A DNA stretch of 64,000 nucleotides. Source: Candidatus Omnitrophota bacterium. Lineage in GTDB: Bacteria; Omnitrophota; Gorgyraeia; Duberdicusellales; 4484-171. The position numbers were made by a program, and so were the translations under genes. The stretch covers positions 79,120 to 143,119 of the forward strand of contig JBAWWL010000006.1 in the NCBI GenBank assembly GCA_037146775.1, in the 5' to 3' direction. Positions within the stretch are counted from its first letter, which is position 1. Each line of letters starts with the position of its first letter. Positions 1 through 9,843 of the stretch are shown in pieces. The notes under the pieces were generated by a model that saw only the letters and a list, made by a program, of their open reading frames with translations, was not told the origin of the DNA and ran no database searches.

Positions 1-1219
1 ACTTTCTTCCCCGTTCCATGTAATTCGAAAACATATCAAAACTGGAACACATTGGTGAAAGCAAAACCGTATCTCCTTTAACTGCCTGCGCAAAAGATGT
101 ATCCACCGCATCGCCCAAAGAAGAAAAAGACTCAACCGACACGCAAGTAGCCAAAGCTGCGCGTATCTTATGCGCAGCTTCGCCGAAAAGATTGACTTTT
201 TTTACGTTTCTAAGATACGGCGTAATAGCACCGTAGTCTACCCCCTTGTCTCGTCCGCCCGCGATTAAGATAATAGGGCCTTTGATATTCTGAAAAGCCC
301 AGATAGTAGAAGAAGGGTTGGTTGATTTAGAATCATTAATAAACGTAACGCCTCTCACCTGACGAATAACCTGCATACGATGCGGTATCCCCTTAAAACG
401 AGAAAACACACCCGCACATGTTGTTTTATCAACGCCAAAAATGCTTCCAATTTTATAGACGCACGAAAAGTTTGAGTTCGAAAACTCATCGGAAAAATGC
501 AGTATTTGCGATGGAATTTTCTTTTCAATGTCACCATACAGCCGTATATGCTTGTTGATAACAGCATAATCTTCTTTTTTTTGATTCCGGAAAATATTCA
601 TTTTGGCATCAAAATATTCCTTAAAAGAGGCGTGCCGGTCAAGATGATTCGGTTCAATATTCAGCAAGGCCGCCACAAATGGGCGAAACTCCAGAATTGT
701 TTCCAACTGAAAAGAACTTATTTCTAAAACGATCACGTCGGTCTTACGTGTATGTAAAATAAACGACGAGACGGGAATACCAATATTACCTCCCAAAAAA
801 ACTCTTTTTCGTTTCTCTTTAAGCGCGCGATAAGTAAGAAAAGTGGTGGTAGTTTTACCGTTTGTGCCGGTTATGGCAACGAATTTTGCCTGAGTTAGCC
901 ACGAAGCAAACTCTACTTCTCCTACCACGGGGATATGAAAACCGCGGGCAATCTCGACCACGTTCGACGCATGAGGATCTACGCCGGGGCTCAACACCAC
1001 AAGATCGGCTTCTTTGATAAAGCTTTCACTATGACCTCCAAACTCGAAATCCACTCCCTTGCGCCGGAAATTATCGATTAAGGAAGTGTGAAAAAAGTTG
1101 CGGGCCCTGCATTCAGTAACGCGTGGCTCCTTGGCTAACTCAAGCAGCACGTTACATAACGCAATGCCGCTCTTACCCCATCCTGCAACGCAGACTTTTT
1201 TAATGCCGTCAATATTCAT
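1..1219 (-). CDS. murD: UDP-N-acetylmuramoyl-L-alanine--D-glutamate ligase, truncated by window edge
   Basis: Not in ORF track. ATG at 1219 overlaps the mraY stop (ATGA). Reads MNIDGIKKVCVAGWGKSG...AITGTNGKTTT...INDSKSTNP; follows mraY. Confidence 0.95.
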   Translation of the reverse strand, partial: MNIDGIKKVCVAGWGKSGIALCNVLLELAKEPRVTECRARNFFHTSLIDNFRRKGVDFEFGGHSESFIKEADLVVLSPGVDPHASNVVEIARGFHIPVVGEVEFASWLTQAKFVAITGTNGKTTTTFLTYRALKEKRKRVFLGGNIGIPVSSFILHTRKTDVIVLEISSFQLETILEFRPFVAALLNIEPNHLDRHASFKEYFDAKMNIFRNQKKEDYAVINKHIRLYGDIEKKIPSQILHFSDEFSNSNFSCVYKIGSIFGVDKTTCAGVFSRFKGIPHRMQVIRQVRGVTFINDSKSTNPSSTIWAFQNIKGPIILIAGGRDKGVDYGAITPYLRNVKKVNLFGEAAHKIRAALATCVSVESFSSLGDAVDTSFAQAVKGDTVLLSPMCSSFDMFSNYMERGRK

Positions 1220-2298
1220 CTTAATTTAAGCGTTAAAAATGAGGCGACCGCACACATGATCGACACAATCCACAGCCGCACGATAATTTTCGGCTCCTTC
1301 CAGCCTAACAACTGGAAATGATGGTGCAGGGGTGCCGCCTTGAATAAACGCTTCCCACGTATGCGCACCGAAAGTATCTGTAAGATAACACTAAGCGCCT
1401 CAGCGACGAAAAGCCCACCGCTGATAATCAAAAGAAATTCTTTCTTCACCAGTAAGGCGACAACGCCGATAACTCCCCCCACAGAAAGCGCACCCACGTC
1501 GCCCATAAATACTTCAGCCGGATAGGAATTGAACCATAAAAATCCTAACCCTGCACCTATAAGCGAAAAACAGATAATTGCTAATTCTCCCACGCCAGGA
1601 ACATATGGTATAAATAAATAACTGGCAAATTTTATATGGCCAGCGAGATAACTTAAAATAGCGAACATGAGCGAATTAATAATAATAGAACCAATCGCTA
1701 AGCCGTCTAAACCGTCAGTAAAGTTTACCGCATTCGAGGTAGCGACAACGATTAAAGCTGCCCAAAAAATATAAAAGACACCTAAATCAATCACTATCCG
1801 CTTAAAAAAAGGAAAATCCCAAGTAGTCGAAACATTTCTGTTACAGACGATAAGAATACCAAGCGTCACGCCAACCGCAATTTGGAGAAATAGTTTCCGG
1901 GAACGCGAAAATCCTTTCCCTCTCTTGAGTTTGCACATATCATCCGCGAGCCCAACCACACCAAGCGCTACCATCACAAACAACACCAGCCATACAAAAT
2001 AATTATCCAGCCTTGCCCACATTAAGCTCGAAAAAAGAACGGAAAAAATAATCAAAACACCACCCATGGTCGGCGTACCTTTCTTGCCTTCGTAAAGCGA
2101 GGTCAGACGAACGTGGCCATACATGTCTATTTTCTCTACGATTTGCAGTCGCTGGAGTTTTTTTAAAGTTACTCCCCACAACGACATGACAAGAATAAAT
2201 GAAGTAATAAATGCGCAACCGCCCCTAAAGGTAATATACTTCACAACGTTAAAAGGAAAAAACAACTTGGCCAAGGGATATAAAATATAATAAAGCAT
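1216..2298 (-). CDS. mraY: Phospho-N-acetylmuramoyl-pentapeptide transferase
   Basis: KKGTPTMGG, NAVNFTDGLDGLA, FMGDVG and APLHHHF motifs. Confidence 0.98.
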   Translation of the reverse strand: MLYYILYPLAKLFFPFNVVKYITFRGGCAFITSFILVMSLWGVTLKKLQRLQIVEKIDMYGHVRLTSLYEGKKGTPTMGGVLIIFSVLFSSLMWARLDNYFVWLVLFVMVALGVVGLADDMCKLKRGKGFSRSRKLFLQIAVGVTLGILIVCNRNVSTTWDFPFFKRIVIDLGVFYIFWAALIVVATSNAVNFTDGLDGLAIGSIIINSLMFAILSYLAGHIKFASYLFIPYVPGVGELAIICFSLIGAGLGFLWFNSYPAEVFMGDVGALSVGGVIGVVALLVKKEFLLIISGGLFVAEALSVILQILSVRIRGKRLFKAAPLHHHFQLLGWKEPKIIVRLWIVSIMCAVASFLTLKLR

Positions 2299-2318
2299 GA
2301 TCTCCTTTTTTTAGGCTT

Positions 2319-3662
2319 TCAGCTTACCAACGCCACTACTTTTTCTAACTCCATTCTCCTTGAACCTTTTAAAAAAATCACATCGCCCTTTCTTGCTTTT
2401 TTCTTAATAAAATCAGCTATTGCCTGGTGAGAATCGCAGTGATGCACGCTACCGTGGCCGATTGCCTGCAAGGTATCCTTGACACAAGCCGCATGCATTC
2501 CATAGGTAAGGACATGCTCAAAATTACTCTTCGCAATACTATGTGCCAACCGTGTATGATAATACAGGCTTCTGTCACCTAATTCAAGCATGTCACCTAC
2601 GATAGCAATTTTGCGCGCCGGGTACTTGCGCACAAAATGTAATGCTTCCTGGAACGAATACGGATTAGCGTTGTAGGCATCATTCAGGAAAATTAAACCG
2701 TTTACTTCTTTAGTTTCCATCCGCTGAGAAGGAAAATCACGAAATTCATTCATCATACGCACCAAGTCGTCCAACGCTCTTCCAGAAAGGCTCGCAGCCG
2801 ACAAAGCCGCCAGAGCGTTATAGATAAACCCCTCAAAAGGAGTTGCCAGAGTCAATACGCATCTACCTTGAACAAGAAAAGTTGCCGTACTCAAGTCACT
2901 CTTGAGGCGGTGCGCCCAAAGAACATTATCCTTCTTATGCATGCCGAACCAGTATGCCCTCTTACAAAAATTAATCTTCCGAAGATAAGCATCATCCCTG
3001 TTTAACACCGCGCGTATATTCGGATTTGTTTTCAAAAGTGCGGTTTTTTCTTCAAAAATACCCCGTAAAGTTTTCAGACCTTCCAAATGTACCGGCTTAA
3101 CGAATGTCAGGATACCTATATCCGGCTGAGAGATGTCGGCCAATACGCGTATCTCACCCGCCGCATTAGTGCCCAATTCCAGTATAAGCGCATCCTCGTC
3201 TTTAAGAGAAAAAATTGTTTTACCTACGCCTAAAAGATTGTTTTCGGTTTTATAATTCTTCAGCACTGTGCTGTCGCGGCTCAAAAGAAAACCGAGCATC
3301 TCTTTCGTCGTTGTCTTTCCTACAGAGCCGCTCACTGCATACACCAAAGGATTTTTTTTGAGGCGTACATACCGAGCAATGCGCTTAAACGCCTCGTACG
3401 TATCGTCAACGATAAAAAAAGGAACATGAGCCTTGGTAGGAATAAAACGTTCCGCGATAATTAATGATGCACCGTTTTGCACCGCCTGCTCGATGAACTC
3501 GTGGCCATCTTTGTGCTGACCGCGTAAAGCAATAAAAGCCTGACCTCTTGCGATCGAACGCGAATCGATCGAAAAACCGTCTAACGGCCTAAAAAAATAA
3601 ATATTGTAAATTTTATTCGGTTTAGTCAATCGTTCTAATTGTTTAAAATCATTTATAAGCAC
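2319..3662 (-). CDS. murF: UDP-MurNAc-tripeptide--D-Ala-D-Ala ligase
   Basis: DSR, GSVGKTTTKE, NDAYNANP, GDMLELG and KGSR motifs; position in dcw cluster. Confidence 0.96.
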   Translation of the reverse strand: MLINDFKQLERLTKPNKIYNIYFFRPLDGFSIDSRSIARGQAFIALRGQHKDGHEFIEQAVQNGASLIIAERFIPTKAHVPFFIVDDTYEAFKRIARYVRLKKNPLVYAVSGSVGKTTTKEMLGFLLSRDSTVLKNYKTENNLLGVGKTIFSLKDEDALILELGTNAAGEIRVLADISQPDIGILTFVKPVHLEGLKTLRGIFEEKTALLKTNPNIRAVLNRDDAYLRKINFCKRAYWFGMHKKDNVLWAHRLKSDLSTATFLVQGRCVLTLATPFEGFIYNALAALSAASLSGRALDDLVRMMNEFRDFPSQRMETKEVNGLIFLNDAYNANPYSFQEALHFVRKYPARKIAIVGDMLELGDRSLYYHTRLAHSIAKSNFEHVLTYGMHAACVKDTLQAIGHGSVHHCDSHQAIADFIKKKARKGDVIFLKGSRRMELEKVVALVS

Positions 3663-5113
3663 GTTGCACCAGCCAACTCACATATGATATTACTATCCTT
3701 AAATACTATTCTTTTTGTGCCGACGATCTGATAGTCTTCGTGGCCCTTGCCCGCAACCAGCACGCAACAATCAATATATTTTGTTTTTAAAGAAAGTGCT
3801 TTGCCAAGAGCTTCCCTCCTGTCCACCGTAATTGCGTAATTACGGTTGCTAAATCCTTTGGCGATAGAATGGCAGATCTCCCGCGGATCTTCATTGCGAG
3901 GATTGTCAGAGGTAATAAAAGTAAAATCGGCTCTGGACGCCGCAACGCTTCCCATAATCTTTCGTTTACCTTTATCACGGTTACCCCCACACCCAAACAC
4001 GCATATAACTTTTTTATATCCAATGTCTTTGAGCGTATCAAGCGCTTTTTTTAACGAATCAGGCGTGTGCGCATAATCGACAAACACATCCGGCACGACT
4101 TCCTGCAATCTCCCCTCGACACCACAAAAGGAAGAAAGCTTTTCTGCGACATCCGCCAAACGAAAACCTAACGCACAGACACTTGCGGTAGCCGCTAAAA
4201 TATTATAAATATTGTGCCTGCCTAAAAGCGAGCAGTTTATCGGAAACGCTTCTTTGCCATGCATAATATCAAACGCAATACCGCTCTTCGTAACACGCGG
4301 CACCCGCGCCCTATAGACAGCAGGATGTATTATTCCGTACGAAGATGCATTCTTAAACTGTGCCAGAAGTTTTCGGCCATACGCATCGTCACCGTTTACA
4401 GTCATACACGCATCAGAGTTATCAATAAAGAGCTGCTTTTTTGCCTCGAAATAATGCTTCATTGTCTTATGGTAATCCAAATGCTCCCTGCTCATGTTCG
4501 TAAATATGCAAGCTTTAAAATGAATTCCTTGTATACGTTTTTGCACTATTGCGTGCGATGACACTTCCATAATAATATACTTGCAGCGAGCATCTTTGCT
4601 CTCTTTACATAATTTACGCAGCGTCAGATAGTCGGGAGTAGTATGAGTAGCGGCATAAGAACGATTTCCGATGATATATCTCACCGTTCCTATCAGCGAT
4701 ACTCGTTCGCCCAGTTGTTTAAGCATATGATACACGCAATAGGCGATGGTAGTTTTCCCTTTCGTACCGGTCACACCTATAAAAATAAAATCAGCGGGAT
4801 CAAAACCGTAAAAAGCATCTGCCGCCCTATAAAGCGCTTCCTGGGCATCTTCGACAAAAAGTACAGGAACATGTATATCAAGACACTCTATGGCTGCGCG
4901 ATGCCGACGCGAAGCCACAAACACAGCAACCTTATACTCGATAGTTTTTAAGACCGATAAAATATCAAAATTGTTTCTTTCGATGACAAAGAACATATCT
5001 CCCCTACGTACCAGACGTGAGTCATCGCTTATACCTTGAACCTTGAGATTCATGAGGCGGTCAGAGAATGTCCGATGCGTAAAAATTTGCCGCAATGTCA
5101 TATACACTTTCAT
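3653..5113 (-). CDS. murE: UDP-MurNAc-dipeptide--diaminopimelate ligase
   Basis: GTKGKTT, TTPD, MEVSSH, DYAHTPD, DNPR (DAP-type) and GKGHE motifs. Confidence 0.97.
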   Translation of the reverse strand: MKVYMTLRQIFTHRTFSDRLMNLKVQGISDDSRLVRRGDMFFVIERNNFDILSVLKTIEYKVAVFVASRRHRAAIECLDIHVPVLFVEDAQEALYRAADAFYGFDPADFIFIGVTGTKGKTTIAYCVYHMLKQLGERVSLIGTVRYIIGNRSYAATHTTPDYLTLRKLCKESKDARCKYIIMEVSSHAIVQKRIQGIHFKACIFTNMSREHLDYHKTMKHYFEAKKQLFIDNSDACMTVNGDDAYGRKLLAQFKNASSYGIIHPAVYRARVPRVTKSGIAFDIMHGKEAFPINCSLLGRHNIYNILAATASVCALGFRLADVAEKLSSFCGVEGRLQEVVPDVFVDYAHTPDSLKKALDTLKDIGYKKVICVFGCGGNRDKGKRKIMGSVAASRADFTFITSDNPRNEDPREICHSIAKGFSNRNYAITVDRREALGKALSLKTKYIDCCVLVAGKGHEDYQIVGTKRIVFKDSNIICELAGATCL

Positions 5114-5120
5114 AAAACGA

Positions 5121-6863
5121 TCAGTCTCCGGTATCTACGTCCTCATCGCTGACTGCGCCTACCTGGTCTTTAGACGGGCGCGAAATACTTTCCGTCTGAG
5201 CTTTCCCTCCGCGTAAATATTTTATACTTTGCTCCGCTACCTTTCGAAAAAGTGGCGCAGCCACCACGCCGCCAAAGTGTGATTTCTTTGGCTCAAAAAC
5301 ACTCACACCAATAACTATAGGCGGGTCGAGCTCGCTGACAAAACCGATAAATGATGCGCGATATTGTGTCGACGAATATCTTTTAAGTTCTACGTCGTAT
5401 TTTTGAGCGGTTCCGGTTTTACCACCCACCTTTACCCCCTTAATGGCCGCCAGTTTTCCCGTACCATCCGCTACGACATCTTCCAAAATGGCACGCGCTC
5501 TTTCTGCGGTACTGGGTACAATAATTCTTTTCTTTTCAATCGGCATCTGCCTGTAGGCGTCTTGCGTAGCGATAGCAGCTACAATGTGTGGCTTTACCAG
5601 ATACCCTCCGTTAGCCACAACTGCAAACGCCCTCACCAGTTGCAGGAGGTTCACCCCAACCTCCTGACCGATAGGCATAATATATCCCGAAGTGTTTGAC
5701 CAGGCAAAAAGCGGCTTAACATTACCTCGCACTTCACCAGGCAAATCAACGCCGGTTTTTTCCCCAAACCCAAGCTTCTTCATGTAAAGATGAATCGTTG
5801 GCCGGCCCAAGAAATTAGCGATTTTACCTACGCCGATATTGCTTGATTTCTTAAAAACTTCGCGGAAAGTAAGTATACCATACGGTTTCCAGTCATGCAA
5901 AGTACTGCCCGGGATTTTGAAAGCACCATTCTCGCAAAAAATACGGTCTTGATCGCCAAACTTTTTCTGGTCAATCGCTGCAACCAAAGTAACCATTTTA
6001 AAAACAGAACCCGGCTCAAACATATCGCATACCGCTTTGTTTCGCATCAACTCGGAAGAAACTCCTTCGAGATTGTTGGGATTAAATTGCGGGTAATTAG
6101 CCAAGGCGAGTATTTCGCCGGTATTCGCATTCATCACTACAACGCTGCCTTCTCGAGCTGAAAATTTTTTGATAGTTTCTTCCAAATAATTCTCTGTCCA
6201 ATATTGTATCTGGCTATCAATCGTTAAAATAATATCGCGGCCTTCCTGGGGAGTAATAATGGTAGGAGTAAGAATCACTTCGCGGGAAGCAGAATCCTGC
6301 AATACCCTCACCATACCGTCTTTACCGCGCAAACAATTGTCATAGTACAGTTCTAAACCGTCGAGCCCCCTGTTATCAATATCGGTGATACCTAACACGG
6401 ATGCAGCAAGTTTTTCCTGCGGATAAAATCGTTTATACTCTCTTAAAAAACCCACGCCTTTCAACTTGCGTTTCGCGATCTGTTCCTTCTGCCCCCAGGA
6501 AACCTTGCGCTTTATCCAGACAAATCTCTTTTTTTTGGATAACTTTTCTTTCACCTTTTGCCCCGATAACCCTAGTTGCGAAGAAAGTATCGCCACGGTA
6601 AGGTTAGGCTTGGTAATAAAAAGCGGGTCGGCAAAAACAGAGTGGGTATTTATCTCGGTAGCCAGAAGTCTACCCTTACAGTCAAAAATAGTACCACGTT
6701 TTCCTAGGAGCGGAATAATCCGATAGTATTGGTTTTGAGCCAGATGCTGGAAGAAATCACTGCGGAAAACCTGCAGATATACGATACGCAAAGAAATAGT
6801 GAGGAATAAAACAAGGAAAATTATATATACAGCATGTATGCGTAAAGTATCCCTTGTTTTCAC
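5121..6863 (-). CDS. ftsI: Class B penicillin-binding protein (FtsI/PBP3)
   Basis: N-terminal TM, RGTIFD, EPGSVFK (SxxK), SSN and KTGTAQK; dcw position. Confidence 0.92.
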   Translation of the reverse strand: MKTRDTLRIHAVYIIFLVLFLTISLRIVYLQVFRSDFFQHLAQNQYYRIIPLLGKRGTIFDCKGRLLATEINTHSVFADPLFITKPNLTVAILSSQLGLSGQKVKEKLSKKKRFVWIKRKVSWGQKEQIAKRKLKGVGFLREYKRFYPQEKLAASVLGITDIDNRGLDGLELYYDNCLRGKDGMVRVLQDSASREVILTPTIITPQEGRDIILTIDSQIQYWTENYLEETIKKFSAREGSVVVMNANTGEILALANYPQFNPNNLEGVSSELMRNKAVCDMFEPGSVFKMVTLVAAIDQKKFGDQDRIFCENGAFKIPGSTLHDWKPYGILTFREVFKKSSNIGVGKIANFLGRPTIHLYMKKLGFGEKTGVDLPGEVRGNVKPLFAWSNTSGYIMPIGQEVGVNLLQLVRAFAVVANGGYLVKPHIVAAIATQDAYRQMPIEKKRIIVPSTAERARAILEDVVADGTGKLAAIKGVKVGGKTGTAQKYDVELKRYSSTQYRASFIGFVSELDPPIVIGVSVFEPKKSHFGGVVAAPLFRKVAEQSIKYLRGGKAQTESISRPSKDQVGAVSDEDVDTGD

Positions 6864-6935
6864 TTTGATTTATATGAAAAGAAAAATGTCTTTAGAATTA
6901 CACAAAACTATCCGCCTATAGCAACACTGATGACC

Positions 6936-7295
6936 CTACTGCTGTTCGTTAGCTAACGCGGTTGAAGAACCAGCCGGAATACCTAACAAGCCGTTCACAA
7001 GAGACGCAAACGTATACCGGCTTTTATGGACCGGCGCTCTCCTCAAGTTTAAAGCAAGAACCTTTTCTGCTGGGATGAATTTATTCTTTTCTGCCCACTG
7101 GTTAACTTTTGACACCGATGTTTCTTTAGTGAAATTATACACTAAGTAGTCGCGCTTATCAACAAGTTCGTTGTAGATATGATGGTTCTTGCTCAGCTTG
7201 TAGGCTTCAACATAAATGAGGACCTTCTGGTGAAGGTATAAAAAAGAGGCTAAAAAGATGAAGACGGCCAATATTGGTATGATGATATGTTTCAT
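6936..7295 (-). CDS. Probable FtsL-like cell division protein
   Basis: Single TM plus coiled-coil-like segment between rsmH and ftsI; start taken at MKHII (7295). Assignment is positional. Confidence 0.6.
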   Translation of the reverse strand: MKHIIIPILAVFIFLASFLYLHQKVLIYVEAYKLSKNHHIYNELVDKRDYLVYNFTKETSVSKVNQWAEKNKFIPAEKVLALNLRRAPVHKSRYTFASLVNGLLGIPAGSSTALANEQQ

Positions 7296-7299
7296 ATAT

Positions 7300-8193
7300 T
7301 TATCGTTTCTCAGCCACACGTAACTTTGCCGAACGAGATGCTGGATTCTGCCCTATCTCCGTTGTGCCGGGAGTGAGCGGTTTTTTTGTAACCAACGTAA
7401 GGATATCTTCCTTGGAATAACGCCGCAGAGTGTGTTTGACTATTCTGTCTTCCAGAGAATGAAAAGAAATCACCGCTATTCTGCCATTTTTTGACAGCAA
7501 TCCGATTGCCTTTTCAATCCCCGCCCCTAACACTTCGAGTTCCCTGTTCACCGCTATACGTAAAGCCTGAAATATCCGCGTTGCCGGATGAATCTTGTAT
7601 TTGAAACTGCTTGCAGGAACCGAATGCACCACAATATCCCGTAATTGCGCCGTAGTAGCAATAGGTTCGCGCTTACGCACTTCGAGCAGGGCACGGGAAA
7701 TTCTCTTGGAGTAACGCTCTTGACCGAATTTGCGAAAAATATTTTCCAGTTCATCCTCGCTCAAATTGTTTACCAGGTCATACGCAGAAACGAACGACCG
7801 TTTATCCATGCGCATATCAAGCGGCCCTTCTTTAAAAAGGCTGAAACCTCTTTCGGCGTCACTAAGTTGATATGTTGAAAGGCCTAAATCAAAGAAAAAA
7901 GCATCAACATGCGCTATCTTTAACTGAGCCAGTATGATATCGAGATTAGCGAAATCACCGCGCACGAGAGTAAATCGGCCTTCAAAATTTTTGAGCCGAT
8001 CTGCCGCAAGCATCAAAGACGCCTCATCCCGATCGATACCGATAAGATGCGCATCGGAAGGCAGCGCGTCAAAAAAATGCAGGGAGTGAGACGCTAATCC
8101 CAGCGTACAGTCAACAATAATCTTTTTGCACGACAGATCCAACAAACGCACTACCTCTTCAGACATAACTGGATAATGGTGCGTTTCGTTCAT
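7300..8193 (-). CDS. rsmH: 16S rRNA m4C1402 methyltransferase
   Basis: HYPVM, DLGLS, GPLDMRMD, HPATRIFQALRIAVN and SFHSLEDR motifs. Start probably 8193 or 8223 (ORF extends to 8250). Confidence 0.96.
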   Translation of the reverse strand: MNETHHYPVMSEEVVRLLDLSCKKIIVDCTLGLASHSLHFFDALPSDAHLIGIDRDEASLMLAADRLKNFEGRFTLVRGDFANLDIILAQLKIAHVDAFFFDLGLSTYQLSDAERGFSLFKEGPLDMRMDKRSFVSAYDLVNNLSEDELENIFRKFGQERYSKRISRALLEVRKREPIATTAQLRDIVVHSVPASSFKYKIHPATRIFQALRIAVNRELEVLGAGIEKAIGLLSKNGRIAVISFHSLEDRIVKHTLRRYSKEDILTLVTKKPLTPGTTEIGQNPASRSAKLRVAEKR

Positions 8194-8291
8194 AACAGGG
8201 TTAATTTGTTTTAACGTATTCATTTTTTCATATTGTACACGAATGTACAAAAATTACAAATCATTTGATACCAAAATATACGCAAAATTTG

Positions 8292-8726
8292 TTACTCAAA
8301 CAAATTTTCTGCTGTTTCTTCAAAGTGCTTCTTGTTGTTTTCATAGTAATTGTTCCATCGCTGGCTATCCCAAACCTCGATCCGATCCGCCACACCTACG
8401 ATTATGATCTCTCTCTTGATTTGCGCAAATTCCTTAAGGTAACCGGGAATCGTTACGCGGCCCTGCGTATCTATTTCAACTTCTACGGCTCCGCTAAAAT
8501 AAAGACGATTAAAAGACCGACCTTCCTGTTTCGTGAAAGAAACTGCCTTCAACCGCGCTTCGAGAGATTCCCAGACACTTTCCGCGAAGAGGAAAAGACA
8601 GCCCTCGAGGCCACGGGTCATATAAAAATTCTTTTTCTCGAGGGCTTTGATTTTTTCCCGAAATCTTGACGGTAAAATAAATCTATCTTTATTATCTAAT
8701 GTATGTGTATATTCGCCATACCACAT
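8292..8726 (-). CDS. mraZ: Division/cell wall cluster transcriptional regulator
   Basis: GEYTHTLDNKDR...DTQGRVTIP...EVWD; first gene of the dcw cluster. Confidence 0.97.
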   Translation of the reverse strand: MWYGEYTHTLDNKDRFILPSRFREKIKALEKKNFYMTRGLEGCLFLFAESVWESLEARLKAVSFTKQEGRSFNRLYFSGAVEVEIDTQGRVTIPGYLKEFAQIKREIIIVGVADRIEVWDSQRWNNYYENNKKHFEETAENLFE

Positions 8727-8727
8727 T

Positions 8728-8751
8728 CCACTTCACTCCACTTTATTCCAC
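8728..8751 (-). promoter_or_regulatory. MraZ autoregulatory boxes: three GTGG repeats at 10-bp period
   Basis: Minus strand GTGGaataaaGTGGagtgaaGTGG immediately before the mraZ ATG; matches the known GTGG-N6 MraZ-binding repeats. Confidence 0.85.
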
Positions 8752-8757
8752 ATCATA

Positions 8758-8786
8758 ACTATATGACTTTTATTGAATTTTGTCAA
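8758..8786 (-). promoter_or_regulatory. Sigma70 promoter of mraZ/dcw
   Basis: TTGACA-17 bp-TATAGT on the minus strand. Confidence 0.85.
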
Positions 8787-8812
8787 GCGGTTTCGGGGAA
8801 TAAATCGTTGAA

Positions 8813-8859
8813 CCACAACAAGTTGTGGCTAAAATTGGCGGTAATACTATATTTTGTGG
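8813..8859. promoter_or_regulatory. Tandem NrdR-box-like palindromes
   Basis: CCACAACAAGTTGTGG (8813-8828) and ATACTATATTTTGTGG (8844-8859), 31 bp start to start; NrdR consensus is acaCwAtATaTwGtgt. Confidence 0.65.
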
Positions 8860-8898
8860 TTATCTATGCAGTGTCCAAACGTATTATTATATGCGATA

Positions 8899-9843
8899 TT
8901 ATATGCCAGGGTGGCGGTGATATTTTTCACTGATATAATTGACATCATGGTTGATTGCTTCCTTCAATACGCTTTGCGAAACAAATTTTTTTTCCGCCCT
9001 GATTTTTTCTAAAAAAAATATTTTAATTGTTTTCCCCAAAATGTTTCCAGAAAAATTAATGAGGTGCGCTTCGATAACCTCATCCTCCGTATTGCTTACT
9101 GTGGGGCGTTTCCCGATATTAAGCGCGCACACATACGTACTGTCCTCTATCTTCGCAATAGCGGCATATACTCCGGATGAAGGCACAATATAATCAAACG
9201 GATGGATATTGGCGGTAGGAAATCCGAGCGTCATTCCGTAGCCACTTCCCCGAATAATTTTTCCCTTGAGACAATAATCTCTTCCAAGCATTTCCCTCGC
9301 GCTGCCAAACGCCGCTCTTTTCACGTATTCACGGACAACAGAACTGCTGATGGCAATACCGTTTTTGCGCCGTTTCTCAATAACGGAAACTGCGAATTGA
9401 TAGCGGCCCGCAAGCTGCTGCAAAGTATACCGGCTGCCATGGCCTTGATAACCAAAACGAAAATCTTCCCCCACGATAATCTTCTTAATCAGAAAATACC
9501 GCATAAGATACCGCAAAAACTGTTCGCTTGAAAGCTCAAGCAGTTTGGCGTTAGTTTTAAGCAGCCAAAGACAATCTATTCCGAGCGATTCAAAAATGTT
9601 TTTTTTATCCTCAAGATCAGTGAGTAAACCAAGGGAAATATTCTTGGGGGTAACGCGTATCTTGGCAAGACGTTGCGGTGGCACATCAAAAGTAATCGCC
9701 AATGAAACAAGCTGGCCGCGGAGAGCCTCTTGGCGCACCTTACGTAAAAGAAATTGATGCCCAAGATGAACACCGTCGAACACGCCTATAGTAGCTACAC
9801 ATGCTTTTTTTCTAGAGGGTAATTTTGCGTAAATGACTTTCAT
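8899..9843 (-). CDS. ribF: Bifunctional riboflavin kinase/FAD synthetase
   Basis: GVFDGVHLGH, ISSS, GFPTAN and EAHL motifs. Confidence 0.96.
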   Translation of the reverse strand: MKVIYAKLPSRKKACVATIGVFDGVHLGHQFLLRKVRQEALRGQLVSLAITFDVPPQRLAKIRVTPKNISLGLLTDLEDKKNIFESLGIDCLWLLKTNAKLLELSSEQFLRYLMRYFLIKKIIVGEDFRFGYQGHGSRYTLQQLAGRYQFAVSVIEKRRKNGIAISSSVVREYVKRAAFGSAREMLGRDYCLKGKIIRGSGYGMTLGFPTANIHPFDYIVPSSGVYAAIAKIEDSTYVCALNIGKRPTVSNTEDEVIEAHLINFSGNILGKTIKIFFLEKIRAEKKFVSQSVLKEAINHDVNYISEKYHRHPGI

